This document shows positions 53,918 to 64,000 of a stretch of DNA of 64,000 nt, in pieces. The stretch's first letter is position 1. Every line of letters begins with the position of its first letter. Source of the stretch: Balanoglossus misakiensis. Lineage: Eukaryota; Animalia; Hemichordata. The stretch lies in assembly GCA_040954595.2 (NCBI GenBank), contig CM082578.2, forward strand, positions 8,603,519 through 8,667,518, written 5' to 3'. The translations under genes were made by a program, and so were the position numbers. The notes under the pieces are model-generated. The model had not been told where the DNA came from. It made no database searches and saw only the letters and a list, made by a program, of their open reading frames with translations.

Positions 53918-54105
53918 CTCTTTGAATACCGCATTGTTTGCTATCAAAATGTGGTGAAACAATTAAATAATTTTTACACATTTTTGCCTATCTTGTCCCT
54001 TAATTTTAGACCAAATGGACATATTTTTTTATTGTCTGCAAGTCTTGATCAAAATTTTGATGTTAATTTGTGAAAAATGACAAGTTGACTATGGCATTGA
54101 AAGGA
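53918..54105. mobile_element. Possible degenerate TTAA-type MITE (different family)
   Basis: TTAA-CTCTTTGAATACC at the left end and an imperfect inverse GGCATTGAAAGGA at the right (about 10/13). Confidence 0.35.
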
Positions 54106-57100
54106 ATTATGAGCAGAAATGCAGTGGCCTGCACTTTGATATGTCCAACAGTTGATATCTTGTAATAGACGGTGGCATTTGACAGCACACAACACGAACA
54201 TTTTTGACTGACTAAATGAAATTGATTAATCCATTTACAATAATTTGACATCGGCTAATTTTGATGAGTTCAATGGGATCCAGTTTCAAGGTGACGTCCT
54301 GTCACTTTTAAGCGCACCTGATCAGCTAGCCAAGGTCAAAGGCAGGCAAAAAGTCCACCAAGACTGCTCAGTTGTAATAAGCTTACCCAAGGACAATGCT
54401 GCAGTTTGACAGCTGATTAAATTTAAGTTGTCTGAAAATTGTCACTAGTCATCTGCGTTGTTATCCGAGGGTATCTCCCGCTCTTTAGAGCTAATGCAAA
54501 TTATCAATAAGCATAATTAACAAACTCAACAGGACTCAGAGAGATATTGCATTTGAAGAAAGAATTGTTAGGACGGTAGCCAAAACTGATAAGACAAGAA
54601 ATATTATCTGAAAAATTATTATTCAAAAAAGAACTACCATATGATCTACATGATGTACAGGTATAGGATAATTTTGCTAACATTTAAGAAAAAGAAATTT
54701 GGGATATTGTCCACTTCAATTGCATTTTTTCACAGCCATATACCTGAGACATTGTAGATACAGGCAATTTGTTTGAATTGTTTTTGCCTTTATCTTTTTT
54801 TGTTTTGTTTTATTTTAACATGATGAATAATGCTGTTGGTCTTCATTAATGTTAAAATGATATGATAGAAAACTTGAAACAATGAAATGCTAACTTGTGT
54901 GGAACATTTGGTGATGTGGATAAAAAGGGGTACGTGTATACACTTTACAGACACCGAGCTTGTGTTACGCGAGACACTTAACGAAATATGCCCTCTCTCA
55001 ACAGGTAACCCGAGCCCCTGAACCGGGCACTCACCCAGACCGTGTCAAAAACTCTACACTCCAAATTTCAGGATCCTTAGAGACAAAAAAGAGCTCTGGT
55101 TTCTGAGCTGTTGTAAAATCCTAACATGGATGCAGGGAAACAGAGAGCATTTCACATGTCTGGCTGTTCTCGTTTTTTTTTCATTATTGATTATTTTCTC
55201 CCCTGGCAATACCGCAAACTATGAACTCTGGGAGGGTGAACTGGCGACAAGTGAAAACACGCTGAGAGGTCCACGCATAAAGGTGTGTACACCTGACACT
55301 GCCAGTCCTACCCTCACCTGTTTTTATTCATACCTGGACATATAAGCCACCCATAAAAACTCAAGGTTCATTAAAAGTGTTCACGTGAGGCCAGGTTAAT
55401 TTTCAGATCAGTATCACTTCGCCACAAATTCTGCACCGGCTCCGACACTCCCACACTGACATGCCATTAAAAAAAAAATCTCCCCCGTGGCTTCAAATCA
55501 CCCAGAACCCATAAAAAAGGTAAGGTAAGAAAAGACCTGTTGGGACGCAGGCCATCCATCTTGTTTTACCTCTGCAGAGCGGTCGTAAACACTGACATTT
55601 GAACTGTGGAAAAATGTGCCAAGCCCCTTCTAGTGCAGTGCTCTCTCTTTCACGGTGAAGTTATACGCACTGCACAAACATTCTAGACCATTAACACACA
55701 AAAGCTGTTAGAAACACTGCGTACGCATGTACTTTCAGAGTCGCCATTCTCTTGGTTTATACAAGCACAACATTTTTTTAAACTGACAAATTCCTTGATT
55801 TACAATGCAGCTGCCAAGTGTCGGGGTATAGCACTTTTGCTGTCATGGGTAACTGGTCAACAATACCAAAACTTAACTTGGAAGACTGTACACAATTGTC
55901 ACTCCATCAACTCCCACGAAAGCTGAAGTCTCAGTGCTGATGATGCTTTGAAGTCCGATTTCGTTTGCCATTCAAAATATTCAAAGTAGTGTCTGCAAAA
56001 AAATCTGCTGTACTCTCGGCAATGATTGGTTAGCACATCTGCATCAGCTCAATTCGCCAAAAAAGTATAAGTTAAGAATCTCGCGATATTCACTCAAAAT
56101 ACCGAACACTGCACTATAGGGTGGGGGTGAACACACGTAGAGTACAATACATGGCTACACGTAGTAAGGAAACACTACCAATGCCTAAAGGCCTAATAAA
56201 TCATCACTGTGACTGCCTTCATCCATCACCTAGCACATACCTAATGGACAAAGCTCTTGTGCTTCACACCTCCAACACTGAGCACTCTGCCTAACACTTC
56301 ATAAACAACCTCTCTTAGAAGAAAACGGTCCAAGCCTCTTGATACAGCTCAGGCACCAAGATGTATCTCTTTCTCGTGCGCTGTATGTTCCTTGTAAAGT
56401 GGTGTTTCTTTTTCGTTTCTTTTTTTTCGATAAGATGGTCTGTGCAATCATGCAAAGCATCAATGGTGAATTCCTTGCGATTTCCCGTTATTGGTGATTC
56501 CGACTGTACTCTCGAGTTCCATATCTGACAGAACCACATGGATGGCATTTATGCCGCCTGAAACACACTTAGCGTTTCAATCTAGATTTAAATTCATTTT
56601 TGACGATTTTTGTGTACCTGATCTGTCATACTGTGAAAATGATGTGTTTTCAAAATTGTTAAAGCAACATACATGTACATGCTGGCGTACACACATTTGG
56701 CTTTTTTTTTCAAAAAAACAAACTATTTGATTCCTACAGCAATAGATGTTCAGAACTCAGCTAGGTTTCACACTGAATAATTTATATGATCAAGTCGTCA
56801 ATTTGAAAAAAAAAATATCATCTCAATGCTGAATGGACACACTTTCCCACTTTGTTGTTCTGTCACAAACTGATACGAAAGCAATCAGAAATGTCTGTAT
56901 AATGCTGCATTATGCTCCGAAAAAGGCGGGAAAGAAACAAGTACAGAAGTGGTTTCTTCTGAAGTGACAGGAACGCCGTACTCTGACATCCATAATTCAA
57001 ACGCCTTCCATACCCGCACACAGGTTCTTATCTCACAATCTAGCTCAGATTGACGATTGCGTGCAGACACATACTTGAAAGTGTCCTGGCCGTAATTGCG

Positions 57101-59964
57101 ATTTTCCAAATGCCTCGGAAAATGACTACAGTCTGATGTCCCACTTGGGAGGAAAGGCAATGGCATGAATTGATCAGGGAATGATTGATTTGGGTCAAAA
57201 TGAGACAATCTCATCCATTTATATCCCGGTCAATCCGTCACGGACTTGATGGTGAATTCCAAAAAAAGAAAAAAATTCAGAATATTCTGGACACTAATTC
57301 CCCAATGTAAGGGTTGTCACCAATTTCCTCTCCTGACTTCCTTCCCCGGTTAACACCTGCTGACACCAGATTTTCTTCAGACGCACACTTTTAATAATAG
57401 GCAGCCCGGGTTTTGACTGAAGATGGGCGGTGTCACAGTGCATGTGAAAAAAGCTGATACAAGCAGTTGGCAGGCACATGCAACTAACTGTGAACTTCTG
57501 ACAAAATAACAACAAAAATTACCAGTAATTTGAGTAAATCACAGTAGTAAATATATGAGTATGTGTCTATCTGTCTGTCCTGAGTCTGACATCCCTCCAT
57601 GTCTGTCTGTCTCTTTCGCAGGGAACCAAAGAAAATTTAAAAGACTCTTGAAACCACTTGTTAGATTCTGCATACATGTACATGTAAATACATGTCTCTG
57701 TAACGCCAAAAGAAAACCAATCTTGGTGCAAACTCTCTCCGGGGGTCAAATTGCCTTGCAGACAAACATTCAGGGGTATATGATTTCTAAGCCACTCATT
57801 TTGTCTGCAGGAGCTGTTCCAGGATTTCGCATCATGGTCCCATCACTGTCCCACATGTACATGTACACTAGCTTCTATCCATCATCTGATCAATCGAGTA
57901 TTTCATCGATTCAAAGCGTAATCCTGCAAACCTCAAAGATGACACTGATGCAGCAGGGAAGCTAACACACAAACAAAACAACATCTTTTGAAACACCTGG
58001 GGAACAGTCCCGTCCTGTATAATGTTGGATTAGGGGGATCAATGCAGCAGACCTGCACAAAATGTCCACCGGGGAACAAAACTTTAAACCGCTGCTAAAC
58101 CTCTCAATGACCGTTATCATCTTGATTTACGGTGATTAGGAGTCAATGGCTAATTCGACCTTTGATTGACCTCCCATTACAGGTTTGAATACCGAGGTCA
58201 AGATTTGGGCCTATAAGTTGAATTTCACTAAGATGGAATGAGTTTTGGTACAAATGTATGCATTATTCACATTGTCAGGCAAAATACTCATCGTTTGTCC
58301 CAACCTTCACTGTTTTACGTTTTTCTTTCAAAATTAACATAAAAACCCTTCCTAAAATTACAATTCACTGCATATTGCCCAAAGAAGGAAGAATTAATTT
58401 GTGCAATTAGAAGCAATTTTTTTTTCCGGAGGCAAACTTGAAACACGGACTGAACACTCGATAAACTGACCGCCTACATGCACCACCATATGAAATGCAC
58501 ATGTATTTATATTCAATTTTTACATGTTTTTAAAAGACCACTTAATTTTTCTATTCAGACCATGCGGGGGAATCATAAAAATTCATCACTTGTTTTATCT
58601 GCCATGAGGGATGCTTGACTGCATACTAATAAGTTGATCAGTGTGTTATTGATCTTGAATTGTCTGCCAGGAAACAGATGACTATCTGTGGCCGATAAAG
58701 ATCTCTATACTTCAGGCAAACACTTGTATATAACAAATGCACCAGTGCTTACCATTTTCATGCATATGCTGTTATCTCTAGTGCTCTTTCGCTCACTCTC
58801 GTTTCTGCTGTTCTCTCATAATGGCTGTACCGCACACACACTTCACTTTCATTGCATGCGATTACGAAGGCGAGATTGGAGCAGACGCGGGATAAAATCA
58901 CTAATGCCTAAACCACGAACACCCCTGTTTCCCTTCATATGGACCAAACCACAACACAGATTGTTCCAAAACGTGGCAGTAAAAGTTTTTTTTTTTTAAT
59001 ATCTTTCTCTGGATGGCACTCTTCCATGGTCTGACTACTTTTATCGAAATAAACAGGTGTGAATGTATTGATTTCTCCTAAGGGGTTACTACAATGTACA
59101 TTTTTGTATATTAAACCAATATTGTGGACCAATATCCAGGTTTAAGCTTGGATGTGATCAATGAAACCTTAAAAACTTAAAATCAAAGAAACTAAATGCT
59201 TCAAACTGATTGCAAGGTGGACATTTTACATTTGGCCAATTAATATGAATGATCTATATACAGTACTTAGCAAATTGTACAATATCCAAACTAAAGATTT
59301 GCCTTCATTCTGTGGACTTGTACAGTGGGAAACACTGCTGACTGCCAGTCAATTTCCCCTGGTAAACTTAGCTCTGGTAATAGTGTTCGCTCTTGTTTGT
59401 TTGTGAAATGCAATCATGCAATGCACTTGTAGTTTTCTGCGGACTCGAGGAGACTATGTTATTTGCGCAAACAGGTTAAAGTTCAATATGGACATAAATT
59501 AATAAAAAAAAATTAAAATGTATTTTTTTTTTGCCAAAAATGAAAGCGACAGTGAAAGACATTTAAAAAATTAAATTCGACATAAGGAACAACTTTTGTA
59601 AATAATAAAGAAAATTAAAGACGGAAAAATCCCTTCTCCTTGTTACAATTCCTCAATGTTCTCTCATTCTGATCTGATCGTTTTGTCGTGCACCAAAAAC
59701 GCATACACATTCTGATGCCAAAAACTTTGTTGAACAATGAAATGTTGTTTTAACGACTCCCACCTGCTGCTCAAAATATGGGGTCGATTATTGTGCCATA
59801 ACTCTTCAGACTGACGTGTATTAATCACGCCCAAATACGCGTTTGAAATGGTGAACGACTTGTTCTGACAGTTCAACTTCCAGCGCACAGCGTGTGCAAC
59901 AACATATTCATAATCCCAAAGCGAATACATCAATCAAACGGCGTGACGGATGAGATCAACCTAC

Positions 59965-60128
59965 CTCTCTGAATAAGGGATTGCAAGACTCATCTTCTTC
60001 GAAACGGTCTTCGAACAGGTCGGGGTTGTAGCCGCCGAAAATGTACAGGTTCGCGTTGTCGGCTACCGCTCTGTGCCCGCTCCTTGCATACGGTTTTCTC
60101 TCCTCCACGAAGTAAGGTCTTGATTTTG
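59965..60128 (-). CDS. KLHDC10: KLHDC10 coding exon 2 (AKSRPYFVEERKPYARSGHRAVADNANLYIFGGYNPDLFEDRFEEDESCNPLFRE), kelch repeat 1
   Basis: Acceptor ttcttttttctttcttccgtAG and donor GAG|GTAGGT; 164 nt. Translated manually because this frame is not in the ORF track. Carries the typical KLHDC10 ARSGHR..GGYNP..PLFRE motif. Confidence 0.93.
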
Positions 60129-60428
60129 CTACGGAAGAAAGAAAAAAGAAGCGTCAAAGGAGGGGCATTACAGCGTACGCAATGTTCATTTTCTCGCGAT
60201 ACGTATAAAAACAAAGGCACTGTGTTGTTATAGGAACACTTTTAAACAAAGAGACCGACGCCAAATTGATCAGCTCAATACGGTTTTGTGTTTATTGGCA
60301 CTATGCAAAAAGTCGTAGAATTTTCAAGAATTGGGTGATTTCCTATCCTCTTTGCAACGAATCGATTCCGACCCTTTCTCTGGTCACCGGGTCGTCAGGT
60401 CCGGTTTTGAATTTAAATGAAAACATAC

Positions 60429-60492
60429 CCATTTTTCTGTTTCTTCTCGGCTTGACATGTTTAACTCTTCCAATGTGCAAGGGGGCAGCCAT
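60429..60492 (-). CDS. KLHDC10: KLHDC10 coding exon 1 (MAAPLHIGRVKHVKPRRNRKM+G), 64 nt, ends phase 1
   Basis: aagATGGct start in strong context. Donor G|GTATGT at 60428. Phase 1 matches exon 2. In-frame upstream ATGs (to 60600) make the exact start uncertain. Confidence 0.75.
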
Positions 60493-60800
60493 CTTGGGCC
60501 GTTGTTTTGGTGTGTTTCTTTGTTCGCGTTTCTTTACTCCCCGCGGCCCGTACAGGTGCATGCTCCGATTCCACATCACCAGCAGAGGTTGGTGCGGCAT
60601 CTTCGTAGAAGAAACAATTGCTTCTCACTGGCGAAAACAATTGCGGAGGTCCGGCGGTGATGAAACCGAGCTTTCGAATGGGGTGACTGTTTGTGAGCGA
60701 CGCTTCTTGGGAAATGCCCTTTTCATGCATGAAGGCTCGCATAAAGAGACGCGCGTGTACCCTCTGTGACTACGAATGAGTCACTTCCGACGGTGACTTA
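60485..60800 (-). promoter_or_regulatory. Probable promoter/5' UTR of KLHDC10
   Basis: Local GC/CpG enrichment upstream of exon 1. ETS-type CGGAAGTG at 60782-60789 (minus strand). YY1-like AAGATGGC overlaps the start codon. The TSS itself cannot be seen. Confidence 0.5.
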
Positions 60801-63800
60801 TCCATCACACTAATAAATTAACGCTAAATATGACAATAGCATACGGCCTGCCAGGTGATGTTAAAAATAGATGCGAATATTAAATGATAATATTAGCAAC
60901 ATATGGCATCACAGAGCCCCCTCTACGGAACTATCGGCGATAGGATGCGCTCAGACTGAGGAACCTGCACCGCACTGGCCTACCTGAGTGAGAGCAATTG
61001 CAGGGATGCCTTTTAAACGTCATCGACGGCTGCATGCCGGCTGTCAGTCAAACAGTTGTAAAGCTGTCACTTTGCCTTTCAGATACCCAGACGTCTTCGA
61101 GACTATCAGCCGACCAAACAGGTCACGCGTCTGTGCCAACACAATAAAACATTTGTATACTTGGTTTTCATAGCCAGTAGCAGGCCTGCAAAATTTATCA
61201 ATGGCCTTCTGAGTATACAATTTGAGATATAGGCCGCCTAGTCTATGTTTTGTCTGGTTCGAATTCTTTTTTTTAATATTCAATATATAACTAAAATAGT
61301 CGACTTGGTTGTAGATTCATCAACGTGGTAATAAAAAGTGCGCTGATAGCTCTGTCGTAAATGCTGCTGTTCATAGTTCAACAAGAATATGTCTGGGCCA
61401 AACCTTACACGTGATGAAAGTAATGATTTCAAATATGTGGTGGCCAGCAGAAGATATTCTTTTAACATTTACTGATTTAAAAATATATATATACTATGCT
61501 GAGGGGAAAGTGACGCTGGAACTTCGAGCTACGATGATCGCGTCTGATTTTTGTTTATATTGCAGGGCAAATAAGTTTTATTAGCAATTTTATTTAATAA
61601 TTCTATCTTTTATGGGTTTGTGTTTATATAGGCCTAATATTCGCCAGCAAAACAAAATGATATTAAAGATATTTGCCAACAACGAATGACCAGATACATG
61701 TGTAAGCAAGCAAAAACACATCATTTGCTCGACATTACTCTTTTATTTCTATTTATTTCGATGACTTGTCCATCTTCATAATTGACTAAAATATCACGAG
61801 AGATTGTTTGGTGGCGCTCTACAGGTAAAGTTTGCAGAGCGCAGTCGAGTCATGATACGGAGTATAGGCTTAGAACTTTTGACTTTATTAGTGTTGATTG
61901 TGCGCTCACGCTCTCCTATGCAGGGGTCTTAGAGATATTAAAAATAACAAAGCAAAATAAAATACTTGTAAAAAGAAGAGAATCACGTGCTTGAAACCAT
62001 CGTCGTAATCCACATAACTACTACGGCAGTAACTAGACGCATTCGGCCGCGCCTGCCACCATTCCTCTTACGTTATGCTGAGATATTTTAAGTTAAAACG
62101 TTTGAAAAAGGGTAAAAAAAAAGACAAAACGACCCACCATTATTTGATACTCAAAGTTAATAATTCCTTGGTAGAATGAACAAACATGCATTTTCCACAG
62201 CTGTCGCCATAGGAACCAGTCGGCATCACAGTTTGCATATAAAATCCATAGAAACGCATGGACGACTGCATTTCATCGCGATGTATCTCAGAAGTTTCCA
62301 TGGTGACCATTCGTTTTTACATAACGTTGTTTGATATATGCCATTCTTTGGTTTTTGTAAATATCAAATAGAAGAATAGTAAAAAAAATGTCAAAAACAT
62401 ATTTTTACAGAAAATGTTTGTCCACATCATCACGAGATAATTTCCAAAATGTATTTTTAAAATAAGTTTTTTTTTAAAGAAAGAAAGATGTGTAAAAGAT
62501 TGGACATTATTTTCTGTCTTCAAGAATCCAGTTTTCAGCAGTCTTTGATCAGGTGCAAGAATGAACAGTAAAGAAGCTGGAACCAAGGTATATTGACTAC
62601 AGCTGGCGCTGTTGCATCCAATTTTGTAACGCGGACAATTTCTCATTTTTTTGTGATCGCTTCCGACAAAAAATAAATATAATGCCTCCAAGTAAAACAA
62701 TTTTAGTCACGATTCGACATCTGGGTTCGTTGTCAGAGAAGATGACATCATAAAATTACACAATCGTCGTTGTCAGATAAACAGGGCATTGTGGATTACC
62801 TGCAGTTGGAAACAGTTAAATTAAAAAAATATGAAGATTTATTTTACAAGATCATAGAATGTCATATTTGCACCCTACAAATAAATGCCATCTTCTGTCC
62901 AAGACTGGCGGAACTTAAAAAAAGCGGGATTCTTTTCAAACTGAGAGTTTTCAACCTTTTCTGATATTTTCTGAGCTATCATGTTTTAGTCACAACGTTT
63001 TGCAAGATTCCGTGTATGTGTCCATAAATTGTCTTTTAGGTGTGGGTATGATAAATACATGTAGACATCGGTTTCAGAAACGTTTTTTTTTCATAATTCG
63101 CCCAATCGACCGTACGCTGCGTTTATAGCGGACTTCAAGCTAATCATATGATCGTTTCTGGTATACCTATTTCCGCGCGCCGTTCAATAATATTAAATAT
63201 CTTGGTAAGTCACGGTACATCGATAAAAAGCGAAATTATTTAATTACACTTTAACACAAAGATTAATGCCATGAAAAGTTTTGTTAAATGGATCCACGCG
63301 CTTCTTTATGGGTATGATATTTTCCGATCATAGTATGCCAGAGAAATTCGGTTTATCGAAAAACAAACTTCTCTTTGATTCATGAACGAGAAAACAAACT
63401 TGTCCGAAGTTGGGTCAAGACTTCAATGTCCGATCGAAGGGTATCGTTATCCCTTTGTCCCACTCTATCAGCCCATAGACACTTGGGTCGAGTCTATGAT
63501 CAGCCGTCACCACATTTACAAGAAAGTATCTTAGGGACCTACGGAATAGCGACGACCGAACGACATATTTAGTCCCCTTGTTTCGTAACAAATAGTCAAA
63601 ATTAAATCAAACATAGAAATCATTTAAATTTATGGCGACATGGTCACATGGTTTTGGCTGTGTTCTTTCTAACAAGCCGGCCGGACAGAACAAACTTCAA
63701 AATGCTGAATAATTAGCAGTCGATGATTCTTCCTGTGATATTGAAATAAAATGACATCAGTCTAAATCTCTTCGCTTAGGTAACATATGGTTGAGATATA

Positions 63801-64000
63801 TGCGTAAGCTTTGTCGCAAGTCAGGGCGGAACTGTTCACTTTTCGATTTTAATGTCCCGCAGGACGGAACATTCCACTCAGTATATTAAAAAGAAAATTG
63901 GGATAAAATAAATACCCGGCCGCAGTTTTATTATTCCACTGAAAAATATGCGTTTGCAATGACAACAGGACTGGTTAGAGGACTACAATTGTGCACTGTT

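Larger units (their letters stand above)
6659..60492 (-). other. KLHDC10: KLHDC10-like gene model (7 coding exons, 1218-nt CDS, 405 aa); introns 300, 16344, 18953, 4389, 3528 and 9102 nt
   Basis: Seven minus-strand segments join in frame through GT-AG sites (phases 1,0,0,0,1,0). They give successive kelch repeats (ARSGHR..LYIFGGYNP; ELASMS..LVYGGTGFPFG; YGQ..LYVQGGTTG; RYRHE..LYILGGGTSW; RRCHSCVQ..VYICGGY; PVYFHAAAVTPAGCMYIHGG) and a C-terminal BC/Cul2 box, matching remembered KLHDC10 motifs in order. Confidence 0.95.

Noticed and set aside
22685-57965. Longer intronic ORFs (22685-23143, 25801-26178, 40043-40468, 48842-49324, 57555-57965)
   Set aside because: No domain motifs, composition typical of random AT-rich DNA, and no consistent exon chain. 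No nested gene or transposase is supported.
60266-60769. 167-aa plus-strand ORF opposite exon 1
   Set aside because: No recognisable domain. Long open frames are expected in the GC-richer promoter region.
1-64000. CRISPR array, rRNA, tRNA or prokaryotic operon/defence system
   Set aside because: The sequence is spliceosomal-intron-containing animal DNA. No regularly spaced identical repeats or structural-RNA signatures were recognised.

Overview
Eukaryotic (metazoan, probably marine invertebrate) genomic DNA, AT-rich and mostly intronic. One protein-coding gene is supported: a minus-strand, 7-coding-exon orthologue of KLHDC10 (kelch-domain CRL2 ubiquitin-ligase substrate receptor; Drosophila slim) spanning 60492->6659. 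Every intron is GT-AG with matching phases, and the spliced CDS is 1218 nt / 405 aa from the best-context ATG. Nearly all other ORFs in the supplied track look like non-coding noise. Introns and the putative long 3' UTR contain TA-flanked Tc1/mariner-type MITEs, a family of ~85-bp TTAA-flanked (piggyBac-type) MITEs and microsatellites. Most notable: (1) two ~86%-identical TTAA-MITEs in inverted orientation tightly flank exons 3-4, a back-splicing layout that predicts a 519-nt circular RNA with a stop-free reading frame; (2) a degenerate tandem array of the Cul2-box-coding C-terminal ~60 nt directly after the stop codon; (3) strong enrichment of TACATGTA, the expected excision footprint of the Tc1/mariner-type elements present. 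All alignments and counts were done by eye, and comparisons with human KLHDC10 are from memory.
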